Assembly (NCBI GenBank): GCA_963750165.1
Contig: CAVVPN010000004.1
Location: 1,248,001 to 1,312,000 of the forward strand
Direction of reading: 5' to 3'
Source of the DNA: an uncultured Gemmataceae bacterium
GTDB taxonomy: Bacteria > Planctomycetota > Planctomycetia > Gemmatales > Gemmataceae
Length of the DNA: 64,000 bases
The position numbers and the translations under genes are program-made. The notes beneath the pieces were generated by a model. It was given only the letters and a program-made list of their open reading frames with translations, was not told the DNA's origin and did not search any database. This document shows, piece by piece, positions 47,954 to 59,349 of this stretch. How positions within the stretch are numbered: the stretch's first letter is position 1; the number at the start of each line of letters is the position of its first letter.

Positions 47954-49602
47954 TCGGTTCTGCCGCTTGCGGCCTGGCGCTCGCAGCGAGCGCCAGGCCC
48001 GGTTCGTCCCGGCCTGGCGGGGCGAGCCGGGCCTCCTCGCGCCAGAGCATGGTGGTCTGCAGTCGGCCGCGCAGGAAGCGGATTGTATCCCACTCCCTGG
48101 AGAGCTTCATTTCGGATTGTTTGGTCAACTTCTCCAAACCTGCGAGTTCGTTGAGCGACATGAAGTATTGCTTGCACGCCTCGGCGTATTGGCCAGCGAG
48201 GTCCCACTCTTTTTTGGCACGCGCACCAGACGGCCGCCCAAACTTTGTAAGCTCCTTCACCAGATTGTCCGCGGTTTCCTCGCCCTTCGTGAAGGCGGCC
48301 ACCATCGCTTTCAGTTGTTCCTTCCCGTTCGGCCCCATGGCTTTTCTGATCTTCATCAACGGCAAGGCGTAGCGGTCCTGGGTCGTGGCCACCAGTTCGT
48401 CCAGGCGCGTTAATTTGCGGTTCACCAGATCGCGCAACTTCCGCTCTTCCGCCGTCGGTGGCGCGTCCCCGTTCGCCTTTTTCTTTTGGCCGTTGGGGCG
48501 CTCGCGCTGCTCCGCCTGAGCGCCCTGGTCCGGCTGAACCTGCCACCCACCGACCGACGCCACCGCTAGCAGCAATCCGGCCACGGGCACCGCGAACGCC
48601 CCAGCCGTCCCCAGCCAGCTCTGCGCCCCCCTGCCGAAGCGGCTGTAGACCAGCGGCACCGCAATGATCGCGCCCGCGATGGCGCCGCCGAGGTGCCCCG
48701 CCCAGCTGACGCCCGGAAACAGGCTGATGATCGTAATCAGGAAGACGTTGATGATGATGCTGCGCATCCAGCTGGAGGCGATGGTTGGCGGCAGGTAGGG
48801 CCGGTTCAGCATCACCCAGACGCCCATCGAGGCGAGGATGCCGCACAACGCCCCGGAGGCGCCGCCCATGAGCACGATCGGGTTGATGATCACCTGAGCC
48901 GCGCCACCGCACAGCCCCGCCGCCAGGTACATCAGCAGGTAACGCCAGCGGCCCCACATGCGCTCCACCATCGGCCCCAGGATGTAGAGGCCGTACATGT
49001 TCATCAAAATGTGCAAGCCGCCGAAGTGAACGAAACAGTACGACACCAGCCGCCACCACTCGCCATGCCGCAGGTCCGAGACGTGCAGCGCCCCGGTGGC
49101 GTGCCAGATGGGCGCCACCTCGCGGGAGTCAATGACGAACAGGTACTGGTTGAGGGGAATCTGCTGCTGCTGCGCCAGGATCAGGCCGATCACGAAGACG
49201 GCGACGTTGGCGTACAGCAGCAGTTTGGTGACCGCCGGCGGCCGCTCGTCGAGCAAGGCCTGGCGCACCGCCTCGGCACGCCCCAGCGGCGACCGCAGTT
49301 CGACCAGCTCGGGCCGCGGCGTCGGAGCGGCCGGCGGTCGGCCGGCGCAGCGCCGTCAGCTGACGATGGTTTTGTAGCACGGCGGCGCCGTGGTCGGTCA
49401 AGACGTAGCCCTGGCCGTGCGGCGGCTCCCAGTCGGTCAGCCGCACCAGACCGTTCAGGCGGAGCCGGTCCAGGCTGGCGTCGAGGGCGTCGCGGGAGAC
49501 CCCGGTGGCCTGGGCGTAGGCGGCGGGGTACCAGGGCTGCGGACTGGCGGCGGCCACTTCGCGCAGCACAATTTCCTGCAGGTCGGTTGCGGAGGCACTC
49601 AT
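47865..49602 (-). CDS. Rhomboid intramembrane serine protease with N-terminal wHTH-like and C-terminal helical extensions; frameshift near 49280-49350
   Basis: GEWWRL, HFGGLHILMN, GASG (Ser) and GHLGG (His). The upstream frame encodes a soluble domain from ATG 49602. The 3' end is uncertain because it overlaps the WD40 gene. Confidence 0.8.
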
Positions 49603-49785
49603 CGGCACCTGACGGTTGAGGGTTGTCCGTTGCCGGGGCGCCGCGGCGGCCCGGTTAAGGTATTATACGAAGTGAGGCCGTCGCAGCGGCCTTCCCTGCT
49701 CCCTCCCAGGGAGCCGGGGGCACACGGTCAGTATCACGCAACGCCGCGGACCCGGTTCGCGCAGTCCTTCGGAAACGGTGTGACG

Positions 49786-50277
49786 ATGACAGGGCTGACG
49801 ACCGCCGACCTCGCTCGGGCCTGCCGAATATTCCTGACGCTGGCCTACCCCGCGGGGGAGTGCTCCATCCCCGAGAAGCGGCGGCCTTACCTGCACGTGA
49901 TCGAGGAGGCGCCGGTCGAAGCCTACCTGCCGCCCGCCGCGGTGGCGCTCGGCATCGGTCAGGTGTTGAAGCACCCCGACGGGACAGTTCTCGGCTACAC
50001 CCTGCGCCTGGGCAGCGCCGGCTTTCCGCACCTCAAACTCCAGTTCACCGACTACGACCACGGCACCGCCTGGGTGTTCACGGTGGACACGCACGACGCC
50101 TTCCCGCGCGAGTTGCTGGTGGAGGGCAGCGCCGAGCAACGGGCGTGGGCGGAATTGCAGATGAACAACCGCCGCTTGAAGGAGGAGATTGAGCGGGCCT
50201 GGGAGCAGGCGGGGCTGTGGACGTTTCATCGGCTGTTACAACAGGGGTTGGAGGGGCCGCCCGCGACCGCCACGTGA
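49786..50277 (+). CDS. Conserved-looking hypothetical protein
   Basis: Globular composition (YTLRLGS..FPHLKL, VDTHD) and GC3-biased codons. Family not recognised. Confidence 0.65.
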   Translation: MTGLTTADLARACRIFLTLAYPAGECSIPEKRRPYLHVIEEAPVEAYLPPAAVALGIGQVLKHPDGTVLGYTLRLGSAGFPHLKLQFTDYDHGTAWVFTVDTHDAFPRELLVEGSAEQRAWAELQMNNRRLKEEIERAWEQAGLWTFHRLLQQGLEGPPATAT

Positions 50278-50305
50278 GGACTGCGGGAAGCGGCCAGTGC
50301 TAAAC

Positions 50306-50333
50306 GTGGGGCAGGCTTTCCAGCCTGCCCCAC
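50306..50333 (+). repeat. GTGG-type REP-like hairpin family D
   Basis: GTGGGGCAGGCTTTCCAGCCTGCCCCAC between convergent genes. Confidence 0.75.
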
Positions 50334-50334
50334 A

Positions 50335-52721
50335 TCAAGTGGCAGGAATGTCTGCTCCACGTTGAATGCGCGAAACGTAAACGGGGTTCATCTGGCGCGG
50401 TTGGACGGCACGCGATCCAGCACAGCGCCGACCGCTCCTGGCCCGACCGACGCCGCGAAGCCCACCGGCGTCGCGCGGATCGAAGAAGCTCGGCGACACG
50501 GTCTCCGGGTCGGGTGGCGTTTTCGGCCAGGCGTCCGGCAGCACGCGCGAGTACGGCCCCGGCTCCAACATGTCCCATCCGGTGTATACGCAGTTCATCG
50601 ACTTCCAGCTCACTTTTTCCACGTCCTTCGGGTCGGGCAGGGCGAGGAAGTCGCCGCGCGGCAGCGGGCCACAGCGCGCCACCAGCGCGTCCCAGCCGAG
50701 GCCCTGCAAGCGCGGCAGTCCCACCTGACCCACGTCCGGCCGCAGCCGCAGAAACGCCCGGCCCGCGACCAGCGTGGACCGAATTACACGCAGCGTCACT
50801 GGCGCCTGATCGGGGCCGCTCACGTCCACCAGGGGCGACCCCTCGGTGTAGAACAGGCAACCGTCGAACAGCACTTCCGCCGCGGTCCCGGCCACGCGCA
50901 CCGCCGTCAGGTTGACGCCACGGCCGAGACAGCGCCCCAGCCGCGCCTTCGCGGCGCCCTGCAGCCGCACGACCACCAGCCCTCGCGCTGGTTCACTGGC
51001 GCAGGAAACACTGCACCCGCGCAGCGAAAGCGCCGTCGCTCACCCGGCACAGCACCGCCGGCTCCTTGTCGGACGCGGCGGCCTTGAACACCACGTCCAG
51101 ACCGTCCAGCAGCAGTTCGCCCTGGTGAACGGTCAGCAGCGCCTGGCCCGGTGCGCTGGCGCCGTCCCACGTCAACAGCGGCCGATACCCGGCGCCCGCC
51201 CGCAGCAGCACGCGCTTGCCGGTCAGCGGCGGCAGCGGCCCGATGGCCAGAGGGCCGTTGTCGCGGATTTCGATGACGGCCTGCCGATCCGCGGGGATTT
51301 TGGCCCAGGCGTCCGCCAGGGTGCGAACGGCGCTGCCGGGGCCGCGGCCGACGCGCAGGATCACGGCGTCCTTGGCCGGCTCCGGGAAATCCGCACGCGG
51401 CCCGGCGAACTCCCGGCGCAGCGCTACCGGGTCGAACGGCGCCTCCGGCGTGAAGACGCGCGGCAGTTCCTTCTCAGGGCGCTTCACGACGGGCTCCGGC
51501 TGCTTGACCGGCTCGACCGACTTCTTGACTGGCTCGGGTGCTTTCTTCCGAACCGGCTCTGGTGCCTTCCTCGGCGGGGCGGTCACCGCTACCGGTTCCG
51601 GTTCCGTCGCCTCCTCTGCCGGCGGTGTCAGCGTGGAGAAGTGCCACCACACGGCGCCGGTGAGCGCCAGTGCCGCCGCCAGGGCGGCGCCGTCCGTCAG
51701 CCAGCGCCACCCGCGCCGCCGAGGCGGGGTCGGGCGGGTCGCGGCCGCCGCCTGGGGCTGCGGTTGGGCGGCGCAGCTTCGGGGCGGTGGTGCGCGGCAC
51801 CTTGAGCTGGCTGCTCGACTTCACCGCGACGAGAATGCCGACGCGCGGCCCCTCGGCGGACTCGACGGCGGCGGGCGGGGTTTCCAGGGCGTCGAGCAAT
51901 TCCTGCGGCGACTGGTAGCGATCAGCGGGGTCCTTGCGGAGCAGGCGGCGCAGCACGGCGACGAGGTCGGCCGGCACCTCGGGCCGTCGTGCGGAGATGT
52001 CAGCCGGCTCGTCCTCGGCGTGCTTGTAGACGCGCTCCGACAGGCTGCCGTCGGGGAACGGGGCGTGGCCGGCGAGCATGTGGTACAGCGTGCAGCCGAG
52101 CGCGTACAGGTCGCTGCGGATGTCGGCCCGACCGCTGTCGCGAGCCTGTTCGGGGGCCATGTAGTCGATGGTGCCGACCGTCCGGCCAGCGCGAGTGACG
52201 CGGAACTCGTTGTCGCGGTGCGCCCGGGCCAGGCCGAGGTCGGTCAGCTTGACCACCAGCCGGCCGTCCGGGTGCGCGATGAGGAAGTTGGCGGGCTTGA
52301 TGTCGCGATGAACGAGGCCCTGCTCGTGGAAGTGCGCCAGTGCCCGCGCCGCCTGGGTGAGAATGTCGCGGGCCTCGTCCGGCTCCAGCGGGCCGCGGCG
52401 CGCGACGTAGTGGTGCAGGTCGATACCATCGACGTATTCGAGCGCCAGGAACAGCAGGTCGTTGATTTCGCCGACTTCGTAGAGGGCGACGATGTTTTCA
52501 TGGCTGAGCTGGGCGGCGGCGCGGGCCTCGCGCTTGAAGCGCTCGCGCAGGGCGGGTTTGGCGGCCAGCTCCGGCGGCAGGATTTTCAGCGCGACCTCAC
52601 GGCCGGTTTCGGTGTCGCGCGCCCGGTAGACCGCGCCCATGCCGCCCGTGGCGAGGTGCGCCAGGACCTCGAACTTGCCGAACCGGCCGCGCGCGCCCTG
52701 GCCTGGCGTTCCGGTTGCCAT
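50335..52721 (-). CDS. Membrane Ser/Thr kinase with extracytoplasmic domain; frameshifts near 51750 and 51000
   Basis: LATGGMG, VALK, HRDIKPAN, DLG, YMAPEQ and DLYALG; then a TM segment ending WWHF, a Pro/Lys linker and a beta-rich domain in later frames. Confidence 0.78.
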
Positions 52722-52820
52722 GAAGACCTCTCGACTGCGCCGACGAGACGTTTGAAATGGGCTGCAGTTATTGTAAGGACGACGCGGTGAAGGCGTCAAC
52801 GCGGCAGATGTGGCGGGCCG

Positions 52821-54444
52821 CTACTCAAACACCGCGCCGACCTCAAACCAACCATCGCTGCACGGCCGGCCGCGCACCACGTGCGCCAGCGCCGCCAGTT
52901 CGGCCACGTCGGGCTGGTCGGGCCACTGCACGTACACGTCGCGCCCCGCCAGCAGCCGCGGCACGTACAGACCGACACCGCCCCGGGAGATGTCCTTGGC
53001 GACGCCCTCAACGACGGCGCTCAGCCGCTGACCGCCTTCGACGACCGGGTGCAACCGCAGTGGCTGGTGCCAGCGCAGCCGGTCCTGGCGGCGCTGCTCG
53101 GCCTCAACCTGCAGGTGTTCGCGCACGCTCTCCAGCAACCGTGGACCCCACTCGGCCAGCAGTCGCACGGCCTCGGGGTCGCCGCGGCAGCCGAACGGCG
53201 TCAGCGACACCTGGATGCGCTGCAACGGCTCCGCCTGGGGGACCGGCGTCAGATGCAGATGCATTTCCAGGCCGAAGCTGCGGCCGGACCAGCTCGTCCA
53301 GCCGTGCCGGCCCAGCGGCAACGCGAACCGGAACTCGTCCCGGTCCAGGTGCAGCGCCCGGCCGCACCAGTGCTGACGGAACGCCTCCAGCTTGAGCCCC
53401 GCCGCTCCGGGATACAGTCGGGCCGCGCACTGGTGCTCCAGCCGCTCGCCCGGTTTCAACCGGTAACGCAGGGGCGTCAGCACTTCCACGCCCAGGCCGC
53501 CGCCGGCCCGCGTCCACAACCGCTGCGGCAACGGCTCGCCGACCTGCTGGACGGCCGGCACGGGTTCGCCGCCAGACACCACGATTAGCGCCGCCAGCGG
53601 CGGCGCCGGCGCTGGCGGCGATACGTCTGCCAGGGCCTGGATCAGTTCCGGGGCGCTGGCGAAGCGGCGCTGCGGATGCGGGTCGAGCGCCCGGGCGAGG
53701 ATGGGGCGGTCGGGGCCGGCCAGGGCGTCCAGCCGCGGCGGCCGCGGCTCGCGCAGCAGCCGCACCCGCGCGCCGCCCCGCGCACCGGGTGTTCACCGAG
53801 CAGCATTTCCGCGAAGATCAGGGCCAGGCTGTACTGGTCGCAGTGGGGGCTGAGCCGGCCGTCGTGCAGCTCGCGCGCGGCGTAGTCGATGTGCAGGTGC
53901 GCCAGGGGCACGCGCACCGGCAGCCAGAGCAGTTGCGCCAGGCCAAACCCTTCCAGCTGCAAGCCCTGGGGCCGCAGCAGCAGGTTGGCCGGCGACAGGT
54001 TGAGGTGCTGTATGTGGTGGCCGCGCTGGAGCGTGGCCAGGGCCTGGGCGGCGTGGCGGAGGTGGTCGAGCAGTTCAGCGCGCGGCACACCAGGCAGGCC
54101 CTGGGCGCGGCACTCCCGGAAGCGGTCCAGCAACGTGGCCTCCCAGGGGTCGCTCAGCAGCACGGTCTGGCCGGCGCTGACGCGCACCGCCTGCAGGCGC
54201 GGCAGGGCACGGTCGGTCACGGCCAGCAGGTGGTCGAGCCAGCAGTCGTCCACGTTGGCGCCGACGCCGAGCAGCAGCTGGGCGACGCGCGGCTGGCCGT
54301 CCGGGCGCGGACGCGCCACACTTCGCGCAAGGGGCTGCGTTCCAGGCAGCGCCCGAACTCGAAGGCCGCCAGCACTTCGCGCAGCAGCAGCGGGGCTGTC
54401 TCGAGGGGTGGCGGGAGCAGGACGAGGTGCGTGTTTCCATCCAT
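52821..54444 (-). CDS. Pseudokinase with C-terminal PilZ domain; frameshifts near 54305 and 53770
   Basis: Kinase-fold remnants IQHLNLSPANLLL, LEGFGLAQ, YAARE, DQYSLALIFAEML and RALDPHPQRRF. C-terminal EQRRQDR and DISRGG. Confidence 0.75.
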
Positions 54445-54656
54445 GTTGGTGACGGTTCCAGGGCACAGCGGGGATCGGCGGAACTGGCGAACAGGACAGC
54501 CGCTGCGCAAGGGTAGGTCATCCCGGAGCACCTGTCCAGGAAATGCGGCCGCGGTGTGCTTGCTCATTCCGGCTGCTCTTGTCCCGGCGCCGCCGCGCGG
54601 GTATAGGGCCCTCCTCGAACGGATGCAAGCGCCCAAGGAAAGAGGAGGGTACGCCG

Positions 54657-55790
54657 ATGTGGAAACGGTTGCAGGCACTGTGGCCCGGCCGTGCGGTGCT
54701 GGGCCGGCTGGTGCGGTGGCCCGGCCGGGCGACGCTGGGCAAGATGATTTGGGTTGGCGGCGTGGTGTTCGCCGGCGTCCTGGCGTTCTTCTGGGGCTAC
54801 CGCAGCGCCCTGTCGCAGGCGCCCACCCCCCGCCCCACCGGGCCGATGGGCGTCCCGCAGAACGTGCAGATGGCTCCGGGCGGCAATCCCAGTGACCTGC
54901 GCGTGGTGGCGTACCTGCGCGGCTACGGCAACATGCCCATCACGCGCGAGGAGCTGGGCGAGTACCTGATCACCCGCCTCGGCGCCGAGCGGCTGCAGTA
55001 CCTGATTAACCGCAAGGTCATCGACCTGGTCTGCGCCCAGCGCGGCATCGTCATCAGCGACGCGGAGATCGACGCCCAGTTTCAGGACGACCTGAAGGGC
55101 TTCAACGTCTCCGAGAAGGACTTCGTCAATGTCCTGCTCAAGCGCCGCGGTCAGTCGCTCTTCGAGTACAAGGAAGACGTGATCCGGCCGCGGCTGCAGA
55201 TGACCCGCTTCTGCCGGGACAACGTCAAGGTCACCGACGAGGACCTGCAAAAGGGCTTCGAGGCCAAGTATGGCGACAAGGTCGAGTGCAAGATGATTGT
55301 GCTCAGCCCGGAACAGTTCCGCAACAAGGACAAGATTTACATGGATGTCCGGGACAACGACGCGGAGTTCGACAAGTGGGCCGGCCAGAGTTGCGTCCCG
55401 GCCGTCGCCTCGGCGAAGGGCAAGATTCCGCCGATCCACCGCCACTACCCGGACGAGAAAATTGAGCGAGCGGCCTTCAGCCTGCTGCCCGGCCAGGTGA
55501 GTGCAGTCATCGAGATGCCGGACCACTGCGCCGTCATTCTCAAATGCGTCAAACAAATCTCGGGCGATAACAACATGCCCGACCTGATGAAGAACGGCGC
55601 GCTTCGCAAGCAGCTGTTCAACGAGATTTACGAGGCCAAGGTTCCCAGCGAGATTCAGCGGGTGTTCAAGCTGCTGCGGGAGCAGGCCGACCCGCAAATC
55701 TTCCTGCGCCACGACATCACGCGGCAGGAGTTCGATCGCGCCATGCAGAACAATCTCCAGACGGTGATGCCGACCGGGAAACAACCGTAA
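54657..55790 (+). CDS. SurA/PrsA-like parvulin peptidyl-prolyl isomerase
   Basis: N-terminal TM, ITREEL, ISDAEIDA, VTDEDL..FEAKYG, GKIPPI and ERAAFSLLPGQVS. Confidence 0.75.
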   Translation: MWKRLQALWPGRAVLGRLVRWPGRATLGKMIWVGGVVFAGVLAFFWGYRSALSQAPTPRPTGPMGVPQNVQMAPGGNPSDLRVVAYLRGYGNMPITREELGEYLITRLGAERLQYLINRKVIDLVCAQRGIVISDAEIDAQFQDDLKGFNVSEKDFVNVLLKRRGQSLFEYKEDVIRPRLQMTRFCRDNVKVTDEDLQKGFEAKYGDKVECKMIVLSPEQFRNKDKIYMDVRDNDAEFDKWAGQSCVPAVASAKGKIPPIHRHYPDEKIERAAFSLLPGQVSAVIEMPDHCAVILKCVKQISGDNNMPDLMKNGALRKQLFNEIYEAKVPSEIQRVFKLLREQADPQIFLRHDITRQEFDRAMQNNLQTVMPTGKQP

Positions 55791-55794
55791 ACGC

Positions 55795-55849
55795 GTGGGA
55801 TCAGCTTCCAGCCTGTCGATCCCCATGACAGGCTGGAAGCCCATCCAAC
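55795..55849. repeat. REP-like inverted doublet related to family D
   Basis: GTGGGATCAGCTTCCAGCCTGTC...GACAGGCTGGAAGCCCATCC between convergent stop codons. Confidence 0.65.
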
Positions 55850-55853
55850 GAAA

Positions 55854-56417
55854 CTACTTCTTCTCTCCCAGGATCTGCGGCAGCGCTCGCAGCACCTCGG
55901 CGGCGCGGGCGTCGGTCAGTTCGCCGGGCCGAAACGCGAAGTTCGCGACCACCTTCTGCTTGACCGACAGCAGCACCACCACGTCAGCGTCGCGGCCGAT
56001 GCGGTACGTCGGCGGCCCAACCACGTCCTCGAAGACGCTGATCGACATGGTGCCCAGCGCGTGCCGCTGCGCCCACTTCACCAGCTTGCCGTCCTCGGAC
56101 GCCTGGTCGGCTGCCAGGATCGTCAACCAGGCCCGCAGGTCGGCGGTCTTGTGCGCCGTCACCGCCCTGTCGATCTGCTTCGCCAGTTTGCCGAGCGGCT
56201 CGCTGGCCGTCCGCGCAAAGATGATGACCGCGGGCCGGTCGGCGGTCTCGCAGATGAAGCAGTGCGACTGCCCACGCTGCGGCCCCGACACGACCACGGA
56301 CGCATACGGCCCCGGACGCTGGCCCGGGTCCAGCCCCGACCGTAGCGGCGGCTGCGCCGCGGCGACCGCGGTCAGCGCCAGCACGCCGACGACCAGCAAG
56401 GTTCGGGTACACATCAT
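55854..56417 (-). CDS. Secreted thioredoxin-fold-like hypothetical protein
   Basis: Own signal peptide (MMCTRTLLVVGVLALTAVAAA), GGAG RBS, SGL.PG and CFIC; ATGA overlap with the TPR gene stop. Confidence 0.7.
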   Translation of the reverse strand: MMCTRTLLVVGVLALTAVAAAQPPLRSGLDPGQRPGPYASVVVSGPQRGQSHCFICETADRPAVIIFARTASEPLGKLAKQIDRAVTAHKTADLRAWLTILAADQASEDGKLVKWAQRHALGTMSISVFEDVVGPPTYRIGRDADVVVLLSVKQKVVANFAFRPGELTDARAAEVLRALPQILGEKK

Positions 56418-58091
56418 GGCTGTTTCTCCGTTTTCGGTTGCGCTGGTGTGGCCTGCGTCGCCGAGGTGACGACAGCGCCGCCGCGCAGCGCCGCCAGTTC
56501 CGCGGCCAGGCTCGCCGGCCTCGCCCGCCGCCAGCAGCGCGCCGCCAGTTCGGCGAAGCGCGCCGCCTCCTCGGTGCGGCCCTGGCGCTCGCACAATACC
56601 TGCATGCCCAGCGCCCCGCGGACGCTGCCCGGGTCGTGCGCCAGCGCCTCCAGGAACGCCTCCTCCGCCACGTTCGACTTGCCCGCGCAACGCCGCGGCG
56701 CCCCACCACTCCATGTACACGGCGCCGTTGCCCCAGGAGTGATGGCGGTAGTCGTCCTTGGTGCGCTCGACCAGTTTCGCCAGCAGTTTCAGACCGCCGT
56801 CGGCCTGGCCCTGCTGGCACATGAGCATGCCCTGCGTCTCCCACAACCGCATTTCCAGCGTCTTGTCGTGCCGCTTGTCCGCGGCGTACGCCTGCTGCAG
56901 CACCGCCACCTCCGGGGCGGCCCGCGCCGTGTCGCCCTTCCTGAGATACACCAGCGCCTTCATGTAGCTGTAGTTGAGTTTGTCCTTGCGGAACTGCTCG
57001 GCCATTTTCAGGGCGTCGTCCCAGGCTCGCTCGGCCAGGAACAGGCGGAACCACTGTTGCTTGTGGTAAATCTTGTAGCCCTCGCACTCCGCCTTGAGCT
57101 TGCGGCCCTCGTCAAAGCGGCCATCGTGGATCAGGCCGAGCAGCAGCGTTTCCAGGTGGTGGTTGAACTGCGAATCCTGGAACGGTGTGACCTTCATGTC
57201 CTTCTGATAGGCGCGGTGCAGTTCGACGGCGCGAGTGCTGCGGTCGGTGGTTTTGTCCCAGCGGCCCAGGCGCGTCGCCAGGTGGGCCTGCATGTGCCAG
57301 GCGTGCGGGATGCCCGGCGACGATTCGATGTACTTGTCGGCGTAGGGCATGCCGAGCGCCGGCCGCTTGAAGTTCTCGTAGAAGTGGACCAGTTCGTGGT
57401 TGGCGCCGGGGTGCAGCGGGTTGAGCTTCAGCAGCGCCTTGTAGTACGGCACCGCCGATACCCGGCCGCCGAACAGGCCCGCGCCGCCGGCCAGCTGGGC
57501 GCGGGCGTACCAGCCCTCCTCGTCGTCGTCGTAGAGTGCCAGCAGCGTGTCAATGCTCTGGATGGCGGCCGTGCGCCGCGCCTCGGTGTCGCCGCCGGCG
57601 CCGGCGACCATGCCCTTCTCCTGCAGCCGGGCGGTGATGAGCAGCTTCTCGCGGTGGCTGCAGCGGTCGAGCAGCGCCTGGGCCTTCTTGAGCGCCTCTT
57701 TCTGGTTGCCCTTGCCGTAGCGCTCCAGCGCCCGGCTGAGCGCCCACCAGGCCATGGCGCAATCGGGGTCGAACTTCGCCGCCGTTTCGAAGCTGCGCGA
57801 CGCCTCGTGCCAGACGTAGGAGTAGAAGTAGCCGAGGCCCTGGTCGAAGAAGGCCTGGCACTCCGGCGACGTGGTGCTGATACGGTACTTGACGACGCAC
57901 AGGTTGGGAATGATCTTGGCCGGCGGCAGACCGCACAACGGCAGCCTGGCCGCGCCCTTCTTGCCAGGGTTGGCTTGCGCCGGATCGGACTTCTTTTTCT
58001 TCTGCGGCGTGGGGCCGAGCGCGGCGTGCGCCGACGGCAGCGCTAGCAACAGGGCGACCAGCAACGGGATAGCGAGCCGGGGGGATCTCAT
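56414..58091 (-). CDS. Secreted TPR-repeat protein; frameshift near 56680
   Basis: Signal peptide, QAFFDQGL..YSYVWHEA.RSF, DPDCAMAWW, HPGANH and PHAWHM.AH; last TPR (AEEAFLEALAHDP) in the shifted frame. Confidence 0.8.
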
Positions 58092-58222
58092 GGCGGCGTT
58101 CCTTCGGGTAGAGAGCGCGAAGCGGACCCGTTTATTGTGAGGGTTGCGCGGGCAACTTACCAGCGAAATCCATCGTGCCGAGGCGGGTTTTCCTCTGCGG
58201 TGCCGGCGCGGGTGTTGGGTTT

Positions 58223-58290
58223 GGGTGTAGCGGAAGTCGCCAGACTTCCGAGCAGCACCGGACGGAAGTCTGGCGACTTCCGCTACACCC
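58223..58290. repeat. GTAG REP inverted doublet family E
   Basis: GTAG-CGGAAGTC-GCCA-GACTTCCG and its reverse complement. Confidence 0.8.
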
Positions 58291-58419
58291 CAGGGCCAAC
58301 CGCACTTGCCGGATTCGCACAAGCCAGGGGTGACGAATTCTCATAAGAAGTTCGGTGTCACGACGCTCAGGAGCCATCCGTCAGGCTGCAAGCGACGGCA
58401 ACCCAGGGCCGAAGTTCCC

Positions 58420-59223
58420 ATGTTGTTCTCCTGGCTCCGCACCCGACGCCGCCGCACGCTGCTAGCGCAGCCGTTCCCGCCAGACTGGCTGCCGTACCTG
58501 CAGCGCAACGTCCCCTATTACGCCTACCTGACGCCCGTGGAACAGGCAAAGCTACGCGACGACCTGCGCGTCTTCATCGCCGAGAAGGACTGGGAAGCCA
58601 TCGGCGGCCTGCACATCACCGACGAGATCAAGGTCACCGTCGCTGCCCAGGCGATGCTGCTCGTGCTGGCTATACCCCACGATTATTACGCCCGCGTGCC
58701 GTCCGTCATTATTGCCCCGCGCGGCTACGTCGTGAAGGGCGTGCAGGTGGACGTGGGCGGCGGTCTGGTGCTGGAGGAGGACCGGGAACTCCTCGGCGAA
58801 ACGATAAGCCGCGGTCCCGTCAAACTGTCCTGGTCCGATGTGCTCAAGCAGGACTCCGAACTGGGCTCCGGCAACAACCTCGTCTTCCACGAGTTCGCAC
58901 ATCAGCTCGACCTGCTCGACGGCGAGATCAACGGCACGCCGCTGCTGCGCGACCGCAGGTTGGCCCGGCGCTGGCAAAAGGTGATGACGGCGGAATATGA
59001 ACAGCTAGTCCGGGCAGCCGAGCGCGGCCGCGCCACCCTGCTCGACGACTACGGCGCTGACAACCCAGGCGAATTTTTTGCCGTCGCCACGGAATGCTTC
59101 TTCGACCAGCCGGTCGCGCTGAGCGAGCGGCACCCGAAGTTGTATGAGCTGCTGCGGGATTTTTTTCAGCAAGACCCCGCTGCCAGGCTGGCGGCCCGGC
59201 AACAGGGAAGTGAGTCGCCTTGA
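58420..59223 (+). CDS. M90 family zinc metallopeptidase (MtfA-like)
   Basis: VAAQA, NLVFHEFAHQLD, DGEINGTP and YGADNPGEFFAVATECFF. Confidence 0.92.
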   Translation: MLFSWLRTRRRRTLLAQPFPPDWLPYLQRNVPYYAYLTPVEQAKLRDDLRVFIAEKDWEAIGGLHITDEIKVTVAAQAMLLVLAIPHDYYARVPSVIIAPRGYVVKGVQVDVGGGLVLEEDRELLGETISRGPVKLSWSDVLKQDSELGSGNNLVFHEFAHQLDLLDGEINGTPLLRDRRLARRWQKVMTAEYEQLVRAAERGRATLLDDYGADNPGEFFAVATECFFDQPVALSERHPKLYELLRDFFQQDPAARLAARQQGSESP

Positions 59224-59241
59224 AGTGTTTACATACTGGGT

Positions 59242-59324
59242 GCGGGGAAACCTGACACGAGCCCGCAGCGCCAGCAAGGGACAAACCCTTGCTGGCGCTG
59301 CGGGCTCGTGTCAGGTTTCCCCGC
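59242..59324. repeat. Long palindrome, variant of family A
   Basis: GCGGGGAAACCTGACACGAGCCCGCAGCGCCAGCAAGGG and its exact reverse complement, between convergent genes. Confidence 0.8.
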
Positions 59325-59349
59325 GTTGAGCAAGATAAGTTGGCAAGCG

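Noticed and set aside
55854..58322. 822-aa TPR-thioredoxin-like fusion
   Set aside because: The TPR frame shifts near 56680 and ends at 56414. The downstream protein has its own RBS, ATG and signal peptide.
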